Positions 18,304-29,267 are shown, counted from the first letter of the whole stretch. The stretch: DNA of 63,024 nucleotides, filler included, from 5 parts of 5 records of this genome joined end to end with filler, not necessarily neighbours in it; one strand, 5' to 3'. Translations and numbers: made by a program. The notes: a model not told the origin generated them from the sequence alone.

Positions 18304-19578
18304 TTAGCGAGCCAGGACCGTATTGATGTCGGCGCACAGATCGCTTGCCGCCTGGTCAATGTCCTTCTGGCCAAGAGCAACGGCCTGAACGGCTTTCTGG
18401 ATCGTGTCGACTTCGAGCTGACCCATCTGCGCAATGGCTTCGCTCGGATATTGATAGGGCCGCGCATCCTGCAATTGCTCGACAAAGAGAGGATAGGGGA
18501 ATTCGGTCCAGGGTTCCCCCTGCGCCAGCGAAATACTGCCTGGAATGAAGCCACCGGCCACGGCCAGCTCCTTGAAGGCCTCGCCATGGGTGGCGAACAT
18601 GATGAACTGTCCGGCCGCTTCCTTGGCATCCGAAGCATCCCACATCACCAGCGGCCAGCCGCCGAGGAACCCGGAGCGATTAGCGGGGCCAGCCGGCACC
18701 TTGGCAATATCGACCTGGTCGAGCCATTCGGGCTGCTCAGTGACCAGGTCGCGATAAAGGCTCGGGTGCATGAGGATCATGCCATATCGGCCATCGAGAA
18801 AGCCGCGCTGGAAGGTATTGCCGTCCATGCTGGCCGCATCGGGATGGGTCGAGCCATCCAGCGCAATGCCGGTATAGACCGCCAGAGCGTCCTTGAATTC
18901 GGGGGAATCGAAGCCGCAAGTACCATCATCGGCCAGCATGCGGGCGCCATAACCGAGATAGGCGCTCATGAAATTGTGGACGGTGAAATAGTCCAGGCTC
19001 GTGGACAGGCCAATTCCGTAGGTACCCTCCGGCGTCCCCTCGGTCAGGGTCTTGGCTGTGGCGCGCAATTCCTCCCAGGTTTCGGGCGGTGCGGTCGGAT
19101 CGAGTCCGGCCTCCTCAAACAGATCCTTACGATAGTAAAGCGCGCGGGTTTCCACGGCGATGGGTGAAGCCCACCACTGGCCACCCAGATTGTAATAGCC
19201 CTTGTCGCCAGGCCAGATGTCGGCGGCAACGTCCGTGCCATGTTCGGCGTCATAGGCGGCAAATGCGTCATCGAGCGGCGCCAATGCGCCGATAGCCTGG
19301 AACTGCGCCACCACATTATTGCCCAGCATCGACACATCGGGGAGGCCGCCGGTGGTCAGTGCGGTCACCAGCCGTTGCTGCTGCTCGGACCAGGGTACGA
19401 TCTCCATCACCACATCAATGCCTTCATGGCTGGCCTCGAAGGCCTCGATGATCCCTTCCCAGGCAGCAATGTCATTGGGATTGGTGGAGAACTGCCAGAA
19501 GGTCACCGTCTGCGCAAAGGCCGGCGCGGTGATCAATGTGGTGGCGAGCGCTGTTGCCGCTAGCAGGATGTGCCGCAT
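18304..19578 (-). CDS. Sugar ABC substrate-binding protein
   Basis: Signal peptide MRHILLAATALATTLITAPAFA after a GGGAGG RBS; LYYRKDLFEEAG and PETWEEL. Confidence 0.92.
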   Translation of the reverse strand: MRHILLAATALATTLITAPAFAQTVTFWQFSTNPNDIAAWEGIIEAFEASHEGIDVVMEIVPWSEQQQRLVTALTTGGLPDVSMLGNNVVAQFQAIGALAPLDDAFAAYDAEHGTDVAADIWPGDKGYYNLGGQWWASPIAVETRALYYRKDLFEEAGLDPTAPPETWEELRATAKTLTEGTPEGTYGIGLSTSLDYFTVHNFMSAYLGYGARMLADDGTCGFDSPEFKDALAVYTGIALDGSTHPDAASMDGNTFQRGFLDGRYGMILMHPSLYRDLVTEQPEWLDQVDIAKVPAGPANRSGFLGGWPLVMWDASDAKEAAGQFIMFATHGEAFKELAVAGGFIPGSISLAQGEPWTEFPYPLFVEQLQDARPYQYPSEAIAQMGQLEVDTIQKAVQAVALGQKDIDQAASDLCADINTVLAR

Positions 19579-19658
19579 GAATTTCCTCCCTGTGAACTCG
19601 TCTGTTGCGAGTGGCGCCATGTCCCTAATGGCGCGTGTGTCATCGTTGACACAGCAGA

Positions 19659-19688
19659 TTGCTAACACGGTGTTAACAAGTGTGTCAA
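19659..19688 (-). promoter_or_regulatory. Promoter with candidate LacI-family operator
   Basis: Palindrome TTGCTAACAC-G-GTGTTAACAA (19659-19679, 9/10 match) just downstream of a minus-strand TTGACA -35 box (19683-19688). Confidence 0.65.
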
Positions 19689-19699
19689 ACTGTCTCACC

Positions 19700-20752
19700 C
19701 TATGGTGCTGGGCCTGTTGAATCGCGGATCACCAAGCTTGTTTCGAGAACGATTTCATCCGGCACTTCGCGGCCTTCGATCGTTGCCAGGGCCATGTCGA
19801 ACCCATGCCGACCCAAGGCTGCCATGGGCTGCGCGACAGTGGTCAACTCGGGCGCCAGATAGGCCGCAATCGTGTCGTCGAACCCGACCACGGAGACGTC
19901 CTGCGGCACGCGCTTGCCCATGCGGTAGAGCGATTGCAGAACCCCGGTGGCCAGAATATCGCATGTCGCAAAGATCGCCGTCGGCGGTTCGCGCAGGGCC
20001 ATCAGTGCGTTGGTGTGCTGCTGGCCTTCCGTGCCCGATATCTCTGCGTCGAGATCGTAATAGGTGCCCAGCCTGACATAATCGGGCATTGGATTGAGGC
20101 CGTGGGCAGTCATGCCATCGCGGTAGGCGGCAAGCCGGTCGTCTTCCACCGATCGCTGGCGGGCAAGATCGCGCGGATAGATTGCCGGATCCCCGCCGAC
20201 AAAAGCGATGCGCCGGTGCCCGAGAGCCACCAGATGGTCGACCGCCGCGCGAGCCCCCACATAATTGTCGACCCGAACGGATCGGGCGGTTTCGGTCAGC
20301 GAGCGTTCGATCTCGATGGCGGGAATGCCGGATTCCACCAGGATCTCCACATTTTCCGGGCTGGCCGTGGTGCAGAACAGCACCGCATCGACACGTTGGG
20401 CGATAAAGGTCTCGATGCCGTGGCGCTCGTGGCTGGCGCTGCCGCCATGATTGAAAATCACCACGCGATAGCCGGCGGCAATGGCGGCCGCTTCCACGGC
20501 ATGGGCCACGCCCACAAACAGTGGATTGACGGTAATGGCCGTCAGCATCAGTCCGATCGTATAGGTGTGCTGCGTCCGCAGCCCGCGCGCCACGACATTG
20601 GGGCGATAATTGGTGGCCGCGACGGCAGCGAGGACCTTCTGGCGCGCATCGTCTGAAATATAGCCCTGCTGCTTGAGCACGCGATTGACCGTGGCCGTAG
20701 ATACGCCAGCCAGCCGAGCGACTTCCAATAGCGTTGCGGCCTTGCTGACCAA
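19700..20752 (-). CDS. LacI-family transcriptional regulator
   Basis: TLLEVARLAGVSTATVNRVL HTH, YRPNVVARGL hinge and VPQDVSVVGFDD. Confidence 0.95.
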   Translation of the reverse strand: MVSKAATLLEVARLAGVSTATVNRVLKQQGYISDDARQKVLAAVAATNYRPNVVARGLRTQHTYTIGLMLTAITVNPLFVGVAHAVEAAAIAAGYRVVIFNHGGSASHERHGIETFIAQRVDAVLFCTTASPENVEILVESGIPAIEIERSLTETARSVRVDNYVGARAAVDHLVALGHRRIAFVGGDPAIYPRDLARQRSVEDDRLAAYRDGMTAHGLNPMPDYVRLGTYYDLDAEISGTEGQQHTNALMALREPPTAIFATCDILATGVLQSLYRMGKRVPQDVSVVGFDDTIAAYLAPELTTVAQPMAALGRHGFDMALATIEGREVPDEIVLETSLVIRDSTGPAP

Positions 20753-21170
20753 TGAAATTTCCTGTCCTCATCGATGCGTCGCGTCCCGGGGAAGGGGCTC
20801 TGCCGCGCTTATCGTCGCGCCGTCTGGCGCGATTTGCCTGGATCTTTTCGATTTCCCCCTAAGTCGAGCCAAGAATGCAGCCAATCCGAAGACAATGAAA
20901 CTGTATTTTTGCTTTTTCGGACCGCTGTCGCGCAGCCCGTCCTGCGTTAGGGTACAGGTGGTGAGCCGGCCGGGCCACTCACCACCCTGGAAGATGGCAC
21001 CAAGCGCCTATGTGCCCCGCAAAACCGGCGTTTTCGAGCGCCCTTGCCGGGCAGGCGTCCAGAGCCATCATGCCGCCGGAAATTTCATCTTTACATATAA
21101 TAGTACTTTATATAGCGTCCCCTTACCGCCTGAAGCGAATACGCCAGGCGGCATTTGGGAGGACTTCATT

Positions 21171-22142
21171 GTGAACATCATAACCAAGCTTGCCCTCGCG
21201 GCAGGCCTCGCTACCGCCTTGTCTTCAGGAGCCCTGGCACAGGACGTTTCCGGCAAGGTCATCGGCTTTTCGCAGATCGGCTCTGAATCCGGCTGGCGTG
21301 CAGCCGAGACGTCCGTGACCCGCCAGCAGGCGGAAGAGCGCGGTGTCGACCTCAAATTTGCCGATGCGCAGCAGAAGCAGGAAAACCAGATCAAGGCTAT
21401 TCGCGGCTTTATCGCCCAGGGCGTTGACGCCATTCTGGTGGCGCCCGTGGTTGCGACCGGCTGGGAAGATGTGCTGAGCGAAGCCAAGGAAGCCGAAATT
21501 CCCGTGGTCCTGCTTGATCGCGGCATCGACGCGCCGGAAGATCTCTATCTGACCTCGGTCGCTTCCGACCAGGTGCTTGAAGGCCGTGTGGCCGGTCAGT
21601 GGCTGGTCGATGAAGTGGCTGGTGAAGAGTGCAATGTCGTTGAGCTGCAGGGCACTGTGGGTTCGAGCCCGGCCATCAACCGCAAGCAGGGCTTCGAAGA
21701 GGCCATTGCCGATGCGTCCAACATCACTATCGCCCAGAGCCAGACTGGTGACTTCACCCGCTCCAAGGGCAAGGAAGTGATGGAAGCCTTCCTCAAATCG
21801 TCCAATGGCGGCGCCGACATCTGTGCGGTCTACGCCCACAATGATGACATGGCCGTGGGCGCCATCCAGGCCATCAAGGACGCTGGTCTTGCGCCGGGCG
21901 AAGATATTCTGGTCGTCTCAATCGACGCCGTGCCCGATATCTTCACCGCCATTGCGGCGGGCGAAGCCAATGCCACGGTCGAATTGACCCCCAACATGGC
22001 CGGTCCCGCTTTTGATGCTCTGGGCGCGTACTGGGCCGATGGCACCATGCCCGAGAAATTCATCATCACCGAATCCAAGCTCTATACTGCTGCCGATGAT
22101 CCGCAGGGTGAATATGAGCGCCGCAAGGATCTCGGATACTAA
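21171..22142 (+). CDS. ytfQ: Monosaccharide ABC substrate-binding protein, YtfQ (galactofuranose)-like
   Basis: GFSQIGSESGWRAAET and DAQQKQENQIKAIR; GTG start after GGGAGG. Confidence 0.85.
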   Translation: MNIITKLALAAGLATALSSGALAQDVSGKVIGFSQIGSESGWRAAETSVTRQQAEERGVDLKFADAQQKQENQIKAIRGFIAQGVDAILVAPVVATGWEDVLSEAKEAEIPVVLLDRGIDAPEDLYLTSVASDQVLEGRVAGQWLVDEVAGEECNVVELQGTVGSSPAINRKQGFEEAIADASNITIAQSQTGDFTRSKGKEVMEAFLKSSNGGADICAVYAHNDDMAVGAIQAIKDAGLAPGEDILVVSIDAVPDIFTAIAAGEANATVELTPNMAGPAFDALGAYWADGTMPEKFIITESKLYTAADDPQGEYERRKDLGY

Positions 22143-22322
22143 GAGGCGGGATAACTCGGCTCTGTCGATGACCCGTTGAACCTCCAACATCCTCACCACC
22201 CGGCCCGGCATCGGGGCAATCCCGAGGGCCGGGTGGTCCAACTTGGCCATGACCCCCGGAATGGCGGGCCATGACGCCATCGAAAGTTTAGTGCAGACTG
22301 CCCACAGGCAGGGGAGGGGCAC

Positions 22323-23840
22323 ATGCCTGATGAGCAATTCGCGCTCGAAGCGCGCGGTATCGTCAAGATTTTCGGCAATCACGTAGCGCTCGATGCGGTG
22401 GATTTCGGCCTGCGGGCCGGCGAGGTCCACGCGCTCCTAGGCGAGAACGGCGCAGGTAAATCAACTCTCATTAAAATTCTCACCGGCGCCTACCAACCCG
22501 ATGGGGGCGAAGTGCTGGCTGACGGTGTGCCGATCCACCTGGACAATCCACAGCAGGCCCAAACCCACGGCATTGGCACCGTCTATCAGGAGGTCAATCT
22601 TCTGCCCAACCGATCGGTTGCCGAAAATCTCTTCCTCGGCCATCAGCCCACGCGCTTCGGTCTGGTTGATCGCAGGACGATGGAGCGGGAATCCCGCGAC
22701 ATCCTCAAGCGCTACGGCCTTGAAATCGACCCGTCGAGCGAACTGGGCGCTTATTCGGTTGCCGTACAGCAGATCGTGGCCATCGCCCGCGCTGTCGAAC
22801 TCTCCGGCAAGGTGCTGATCTTGGACGAACCAACGGCGAGCCTTGACCGCAATGAAGTCGAGCGCCTGTTCGAGATCATTGGCGACCTCAAGGCGCGCGG
22901 CCTTGCTGTCGTCTTCATTACCCACTTCCTCGATCAGGTCTTCGCTGTCGCCGACAGGGTGACCATCCTTCGCAATGGCAAGCTGATCGAGACCAGGGCG
23001 TTGGACGATATGAGCCGCACCGACGTCGTGCGCTTGATGCTGGGCAAGGATGTCGCCTTTTCCGGTGCGACCGGCGTCGAGGATGCGCGCCCCATGGGCG
23101 ATGTTTTGCTCGACTTTTCCCAGTATGGCCGCAAGCGCGGCGTACATCCGTTCAATCTCACCATCCACAAGGGCGAGGTCATTGGCGTTGCGGGCCTTCT
23201 CGGCTCCGGCCGCACGGAAATGGCCCGCATCATGTTTGGCGCCGATGCTGCCGACGAGGGTGAAGTGGCCATTTCCGGCACGAGGACCACCATTGCCCGC
23301 CCGACCGATGCCATCCGGCATGGCTTCGGCTTCTGCCCCGAAGACCGCAAGGCCGAGGGCATCTTTGGTGAATTGTCGGTCCGCGAAAACATTATCATTG
23401 CCCTGCAGGGCAAGTTGGGCTGGTTCAGCGCGCTCAATCGCGACGAACAGATGGAGATTGCCGGCCGGTTCGGCGAGTCCATGGATATTCGCGCCGCATC
23501 GCTCGATATGCCGATCAAGCTGCTCTCGGGCGGCAACCAGCAAAAGGTCATCCTGTCGCGCTGGCTGGCCACCGACCCGGCCTTCCTCATTCTGGACGAG
23601 CCGACCCGCGGCATTGATGTCGGGGCCCATGCCGAAATCGTGCGCACGATCAACAGGCTGCGCGACGAGGGAATGGCCCTTGTGGTCATTTCCTCCGAGC
23701 TCGACGAGGTCGTCGCTTATTCCACCCGCATCGTGGTGATGCGGGATCGCGAAATGGTTGCCGAACTCAATGGCGAGAATATCAATCCCGGCGTCATCGT
23801 GCAGGCGATCGCCAATCACCGCGACGAGGAACTCGCATGA
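22323..23840 (+). CDS. ytfR: Sugar ABC ATPase with two ABC domains, YtfR-like
   Basis: GENGAGKS, LSGGNQQKV and DEPTRGIDVGA. Confidence 0.85.
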   Translation: MPDEQFALEARGIVKIFGNHVALDAVDFGLRAGEVHALLGENGAGKSTLIKILTGAYQPDGGEVLADGVPIHLDNPQQAQTHGIGTVYQEVNLLPNRSVAENLFLGHQPTRFGLVDRRTMERESRDILKRYGLEIDPSSELGAYSVAVQQIVAIARAVELSGKVLILDEPTASLDRNEVERLFEIIGDLKARGLAVVFITHFLDQVFAVADRVTILRNGKLIETRALDDMSRTDVVRLMLGKDVAFSGATGVEDARPMGDVLLDFSQYGRKRGVHPFNLTIHKGEVIGVAGLLGSGRTEMARIMFGADAADEGEVAISGTRTTIARPTDAIRHGFGFCPEDRKAEGIFGELSVRENIIIALQGKLGWFSALNRDEQMEIAGRFGESMDIRAASLDMPIKLLSGGNQQKVILSRWLATDPAFLILDEPTRGIDVGAHAEIVRTINRLRDEGMALVVISSELDEVVAYSTRIVVMRDREMVAELNGENINPGVIVQAIANHRDEELA

Positions 23841-24835
23841 CGCGGCGCATATTATCTCGCCTCGCCAATCCGCAATTGCTGGCCTTGATCGGCGTGTTGC
23901 TGATTAACTGGTTGCTGTTTCCCAATTTTTTCCGCATAACTTGGCAGGACGGTCGGCTGTTTGGCAGCCTGATCGATGTGCTCAACAGGGGCGCGCCGGT
24001 GGCCATTCTGGCCATTGGCATGGTGGGTGTCATCGCCACCAAGGGTGTCGATCTTTCGGTCGGCGCGGTGATGGCCATGGCGGGCGCGGTGGCTGCGACA
24101 TTGGTGGTGGCCGGTTATCCAGCACCCGTCGCTGTTGCCGCCGCGCTCGCAGTTGGCCTTGCCTGTGGCCTCTGGAACGGCTTCCTCGTGGCCGTGCTCG
24201 ATATTCAGCCCATTGTGGCAACCTTGGTGCTCATGGTGGCCGGGCGCGGTATTGCCCAGCTCATCACCGAAGGGTTCATCGTTACCTTTACCGATCCCGT
24301 GCTGATCTTCATTGGCACCGGCTCATTCCTTGGCTTTCCTATGGCGGCAGTCATAGCATTGGCCCTCCTGGTGCTGGTGACGCTGCTGGTGCGCAAGACC
24401 GCCCTGGGGCTCTTCATCGAAGCCGTCGGCGTCAACCGCGCGGCCGCAAGCCTCGCCGGTATTCGTAGCCGCATGCTGCTGCTCTATGTCTATGGTCTCT
24501 CCGGCGTATGCGCAGCCATTGCCGGCATTATCGTGGCTGGGGACATTCGCGGCGCCGATGCCAACAATGCCGGCCTCTGGCTGGAACTGGATGCCATTCT
24601 GGCGGTGGTAATCGGCGGGACCTCGCTCCTGGGTGGGCGCTTCTCGGTTCCCCTGGCGGTGCTGGGCGCTCTCATCATCCAGGCCATGAATACCGGCATT
24701 CTGGTCTCCGGCTTCCCACCTGAATTCAACCTGATCGTCAAGGCCGCTTTGATTTTCCTTGTCCTTATTATCCAGTCGCCTTTGGCGAGCCGCATCATGC
24801 CAACGCGCATGCCTGTCCGGGAGGCCCGTAAATGA
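23837..24835 (+). CDS. ytfT: ABC permease, YtfT-like
   Basis: GVDLSVG, GRGIAQLITEG and ELDAILAVVIGG. Confidence 0.82.
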   Translation: MTRRILSRLANPQLLALIGVLLINWLLFPNFFRITWQDGRLFGSLIDVLNRGAPVAILAIGMVGVIATKGVDLSVGAVMAMAGAVAATLVVAGYPAPVAVAAALAVGLACGLWNGFLVAVLDIQPIVATLVLMVAGRGIAQLITEGFIVTFTDPVLIFIGTGSFLGFPMAAVIALALLVLVTLLVRKTALGLFIEAVGVNRAAASLAGIRSRMLLLYVYGLSGVCAAIAGIIVAGDIRGADANNAGLWLELDAILAVVIGGTSLLGGRFSVPLAVLGALIIQAMNTGILVSGFPPEFNLIVKAALIFLVLIIQSPLASRIMPTRMPVREARK

Positions 24836-25800
24836 GCCGCAGCCTTCGTCCGCTGGTCGCCACGGCCGTTATCTTCGCCATCGCCTATGCTCTGGCGGTC
24901 ATGCAGTTCCCGTCCATGTTTTCCACCCGGGTGCTGGGCAATTTCCTGACCGACAATGCCTTTCTGGGTATTACCGCTGTCGGGATGACCTTCGTCATCA
25001 TCTCGGGCGGCATCGATCTTTCGGTCGGCGCGGTCATCGGATTTACCGGTGTGCTGGTCGCGGTCCTGATTGCGTGGGCCGGGTGGCATCCGCTGGCGGC
25101 TTTTGCCCTGGCGCTCGCCGTCGCCGCCAGCTTCGGTGCCGTGATGGGCCTGGCGGTCCACTATCTTCAAGTGCCGGCCTTCATTGTCACATTGGCAGGC
25201 ATGTTCCTGGCCCGCGGTGGCGCCTCCGTAATCACCCAGGATTCCGTGCCGGTGAACCATGATTTTTACGACTGGATTTCCGATCTCATCATCCGCCTGC
25301 CTGGTGGAGGGCGGTTGAGCTTCATCGGCCTGCTGATGGTTGCCGTCTTCATCATCGGGGCCCTGGTCGCGCATCGCACGCGTTTTGGCTCCTATGTCTA
25401 TGCCCTTGGCGGCAATCCGGTTTCGGCGTCTCTGATGGGAGTTCCAGTGGCGCGGACAACCATCGGTGTTTACATGGTGTCATCCACGCTGGCCGCCTTG
25501 GCGGGAATCGTCTTCTCCCTCTATACTTCTGCCGGCTACCCGCTGGCCGCCGTGGGCGTCGAGCTTGACGCGATCAGTGCAGTAGTCATCGGCGGCACCC
25601 TGTTGACCGGTGGCTACGGCTTCGTGCTTGGCACTTTCGTCGGTGTCATGCTGTTGGGGCTGGTGCAGACCTACATCATTTTCGACGGATCCCTGTCGAG
25701 TTGGTGGACCAAGATTGTAATCGGGGCCTTGCTGTTCCTGTTCATCGTGCTGCAGCGGCTTATTTTTGCTGCCTCTGCGCAGGGAGAGAAAGCGTCCTGA
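24832..25800 (+). CDS. yjfF: ABC permease, YjfF-like
   Basis: DNAFLGITAVGMTFVIISGGIDLSVG and LSSWWTKI. Confidence 0.85.
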   Translation: MSRSLRPLVATAVIFAIAYALAVMQFPSMFSTRVLGNFLTDNAFLGITAVGMTFVIISGGIDLSVGAVIGFTGVLVAVLIAWAGWHPLAAFALALAVAASFGAVMGLAVHYLQVPAFIVTLAGMFLARGGASVITQDSVPVNHDFYDWISDLIIRLPGGGRLSFIGLLMVAVFIIGALVAHRTRFGSYVYALGGNPVSASLMGVPVARTTIGVYMVSSTLAALAGIVFSLYTSAGYPLAAVGVELDAISAVVIGGTLLTGGYGFVLGTFVGVMLLGLVQTYIIFDGSLSSWWTKIVIGALLFLFIVLQRLIFAASAQGEKAS

Positions 25801-25865
25801 ATGTATGGCTGGCAGAGGGCGGGGCGGTTTGAACGCCTCGCCGGGCGTGTTCGAAAGCTCTCAAC

Positions 25866-26597
25866 ATGATCGAGACCGGCGGATTGATCCGCTCGCTTTC
25901 CGGACGTCGCGCCGCTCGGAACTTCCACACCTTCGTCATCAACGAAATCGGCCATTCCATCGTCACCGGGGAATTCCCGATCGGCTCGGTGCTGGCCAGC
26001 GATGCGGTGATGATGGAAACCTATGGCGTCTCCCGCACCGTGCTGCGCGAGGCGCTCAAAACACTTGAGGCCAAGGGGTTGGTTGAGGCCCGCCCAAAGG
26101 TGGGCACGCGCGTCTCGCCACGCAGTCGCTGGAATTTCTTTGATCCGCAGGTGCTGGCCTGGCACTTCGATGCGCCGGCCGATCCAGACTTCCACAAGAG
26201 CCTGTTCCGGTCCCGCGCCGCTCTGGAAGCGCCCATGATTGCGCTGGCGGCCCGGCAGCGCACCTCCGAACAGGTACGCCTGCTCAAATATTGGTGCCAC
26301 CAGATGGAAACGGCCGGGGAGTCGATCGAGCAATTCGGTCTGGCCTGCCTCGAAGTCCATGGCGTATTGGCAGAAACCAGCCGCGATCCGCTGCTGCGCG
26401 CAGTTATCGGCGTGGTCGAGCTCACCCTGGCACTGGCCTTGACCCGCGATGGCGCCCTCAGCGGTCCGGACTATCGCATGGCATCTGTGCGCCAGTTCCA
26501 GGCGCTGACCACGGCGATTGAGCAGGGTAGTGCCGAGCAGGCCGCGGACCTATTCGAGACGATCCGGGCGCTGGATCGCGCCCAGGTGCTGGCCTGA
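25866..26597 (+). CDS. GntR/FadR-family regulator
   Basis: GVSRTVLREALKTLEAKGLVEARPKVGTRV and WNFFDPQVLAW, followed by an FCD-like domain. Confidence 0.9.
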   Translation: MIETGGLIRSLSGRRAARNFHTFVINEIGHSIVTGEFPIGSVLASDAVMMETYGVSRTVLREALKTLEAKGLVEARPKVGTRVSPRSRWNFFDPQVLAWHFDAPADPDFHKSLFRSRAALEAPMIALAARQRTSEQVRLLKYWCHQMETAGESIEQFGLACLEVHGVLAETSRDPLLRAVIGVVELTLALALTRDGALSGPDYRMASVRQFQALTTAIEQGSAEQAADLFETIRALDRAQVLA

Positions 26598-26612
26598 AGC
26601 AGGGGCCTTGGC

Positions 26613-27401
26613 TCAGTCCGCTTCCTGGCCACAGAGCACCACACTGGTCCCGGCTGCCAGGAGAGCTGCAGACGCCAGGCCATCATCAGGCAATTGATCG
26701 GTATAAAAGCTGGTGATGCGGCTGAATGGCGCCACGCGCACGGAGGCGTCGCGCGTCCATTTGCTCATGTCGGCGGCCAGAAACTGCACCCGCGAATTGG
26801 CGATCAGCGTGGTCGTGGTCTGGGCCTCGGCGTAGCTGAAATCCAGAATGCCCTTTTCCGGGTCAAGCGCGCCGGCGCCGACGACGGCATGGGTGGCATA
26901 GAACTTCTCGAAAAACGCCAGTGAATCCGACCCCACCACATCCCGGTCATTGTGGCGCAATAGCCCCGGTGTCATATGCACTTCCACCTGCGGCGCATTG
27001 CATAGGGCCAGCGCCACATCGATATTGTTGGTGACGACGCGCAGATCGTCCCGGTTCCGCAGCGCCTCAGCCACGAACTGCACGGTGCTGCCAATACCCA
27101 TGAACACCGTCGAGCCCGGCTCGATATCTGCAGCAATACGGCGGGCGATCCGTTGTTTGGCGCCACTATTGAGAGTCGCGCGCGCATTGATCGAGATATT
27201 GCGTACGGTAACGGGCGCGTCGACACCGCCATGGAACCGGCGCGCATAGCCCAGGTCGCACAAGGCATTGATGTCGCGCCGCACGGTCTGGGTCGTGACC
27301 GCATAACGCGCGGCCAACTGCTCGATATACTGGGCGCCATCCGCCTCGATCAGGGCCAGGATGTCGCGTTGCCGATCCGACAGCGTGTCTTGCCCCATCA
27401 T
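26613..27401 (-). CDS. DeoR/GlpR-family regulator
   Basis: VTTQTVRRDINAL, RRFHGG and GIGSTV; follows the glycerophosphodiesterase. Confidence 0.92.
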   Translation of the reverse strand: MMGQDTLSDRQRDILALIEADGAQYIEQLAARYAVTTQTVRRDINALCDLGYARRFHGGVDAPVTVRNISINARATLNSGAKQRIARRIAADIEPGSTVFMGIGSTVQFVAEALRNRDDLRVVTNNIDVALALCNAPQVEVHMTPGLLRHNDRDVVGSDSLAFFEKFYATHAVVGAGALDPEKGILDFSYAEAQTTTTLIANSRVQFLAADMSKWTRDASVRVAPFSRITSFYTDQLPDDGLASAALLAAGTSVVLCGQEAD

Positions 27402-27407
27402 CCCTGT

Positions 27408-28154
27408 TTATCCCAGAAAGAGCTTGGGATTGTCGGTAATGACGCCGGTAAGCCCCGCATCCCAGAACGACACCAGTTGCACCGGATCATTGCAGGTCCA
27501 GGCTCTGACCTTGATGCCGCGCCTGGTCGTTTCTTCGAGCACGCCGATCGAGAGCGCCTTGAAGTGCATGTGAATGGTGCTTGCCGGGATGGCCGCGAGT
27601 TGCTCGGCCCAGTCCTCAGGCGAACGCCCCCAGAGCATGGCCATTTCCAGCTCGGGCTCGAGCGCATGCATGGCCTTGAGTGCTTCGGGGTCGAAGCTCG
27701 AAATCATGATCTCGGTGCTGCTCGAGCGTTTCGCAATATCGGCCTGCACGGCACTGACGAGCTGGTCGAGCGATTTATGATGCTTGTGCTGCTTGATTTC
27801 GACGTTGGCGCTCAGGCCCAGCTCACCGAGCGCGGCAATGGTCTCTGCCAGCGTCGGAATCCGTTCATCTTGATAGTCCTGGCCGAACCAGCTCCCGGCA
27901 TCGAGCGCCACAATTTCGCTCTGCGTGAGCACGCCCAGCGACCCCCTGCCCGAGCTGGTGCGATCAACGCTGTCGTCGTGAATGACGATCAATTGCCCAT
28001 CCGCGCTCAGGGCCACATCCAGTTCTACCCATTTCGCACCGGCCTCGGCGGCTGCACGAAAGGCCGCAATGGTGTTTTCCGGGGCAATGGCAGAGGCGCC
28101 GCGATGGGCCTGGACTTCGTGTGGGGCAGGGCCGGGGAGGGCAGAAGGTGTCAT
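27408..28154 (-). CDS. Glycerophosphodiester phosphodiesterase (UgpQ-like)
   Basis: AHRGAS, PENTIAAF, VELDV, HDDSVDRTS and NVEIK; likely start MTPSAL. Confidence 0.92.
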   Translation of the reverse strand: MTPSALPGPAPHEVQAHRGASAIAPENTIAAFRAAAEAGAKWVELDVALSADGQLIVIHDDSVDRTSSGRGSLGVLTQSEIVALDAGSWFGQDYQDERIPTLAETIAALGELGLSANVEIKQHKHHKSLDQLVSAVQADIAKRSSSTEIMISSFDPEALKAMHALEPELEMAMLWGRSPEDWAEQLAAIPASTIHMHFKALSIGVLEETTRRGIKVRAWTCNDPVQLVSFWDAGLTGVITDNPKLFLG

Positions 28155-28320
28155 GGACGGTGTCCTTAGTAATCTGAACACGCCCATAGGCTGATTTTGC
28201 TACAGATTTGCGACAAATGGACGGATTTGACGCCCCAATGTGCTCAAATGAACATATTCCTTTCTTTAATTCTGTCTGGTCCAGGCAGGGCCATTGCCAA
28301 GTCGAAAACGACCGTTTCCC

Positions 28321-29167
28321 CTATCGTGTCTCGTCGAAGGGAAGTCGGCTGCCGCTCTGATCGAACAGGGCCGCTTTGTGTGGCGCAAATGCGAGCTTAA
28401 GAGTCTGCCCCACACTCAGTGTCGTGTCCCCGTCGAGCACCGCTATGACACTCTGCTCGTTGCCCAGCTTCAAATTGACGATTGTCTCATTACCCAGATG
28501 CTCCACCAGGGTCACCTCGCCGACAATCGGGCCGTCATCCGTCAGCTTGAGATCATGCGGGCGCACGCCCAGGGTCAATTTGTCGCCTGCGTTTCGGCCG
28601 GCCTTTGCGATCGGTATCACCGCTGGTCGCATTATCGGGCTGGAAATTTTCACGCCGCCGCCTTCAATGGCGTTGATCGTGACGTCGATAAAGTTCATTT
28701 TCGGCGAGCCGATGAAGCCGGCAACGAACAGATTGGCAGGACGATGGTAGAGCTCGAGAGGCGAGCCAACCTGTTGCACAACGCCGCCATTTAGCACCAC
28801 GATCTTGTCAGCCAGTGTCATGGCCTCAACCTGGTCGTGGGTCACGTAGATCATGGTGGCCCCCAGATCCTGGTGGAGCTTCGAAATCTCCATCCGCATA
28901 TCCATGCGGAGCGAAGCATCCAGGTTCGATAGCGGCTCGTCGAACAGAAACACCTCAGGCTGCCGAACTATGGCGCGACCAATGGCGACGCGTTGCCGCT
29001 GCCCGCCTGAGAGCTGTGCCGGCTTGCGGTCGAGCAAATGTTCCATCTGCAATATGCGGGCGGCCTCGCGGATCTTGGCATCCCGCTCATCCTTGGGGGT
29101 CTTCTTGAGCCGCAGCCCGAAGCCCACATTGTCGTATACCGTCATGTGCGGGTAGAGCGCATAGGAC
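28321..29167 (-). CDS. Sugar ABC ATPase (MalK/UgpC-like), 5'-truncated
   Basis: [23 protein letters not shown] and FDEPLSNLD. Confidence 0.92.
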
Positions 29168-29267
29168 NNNNNNNNNNNNNNNNNNNNNNNNNNNNNNNNN
29201 NNNNNNNNNNNTTAATTAATTAANNNNNNNNNNNNNNNNNNNNNNNNNNNNNNNNNNNNNNNNNNNN
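29168..29267. other. Artificial contig linker
   Basis: Same 100-nt N/TTAATTAATTAA/N spacer. Confidence 0.98.

Noticed and set aside
22150..22310. ncRNA between ytfQ and ytfR
   Set aside because: GC-rich hairpins after a binding-protein gene are adequately explained as mRNA-stabilising structures; no family motif recognised.
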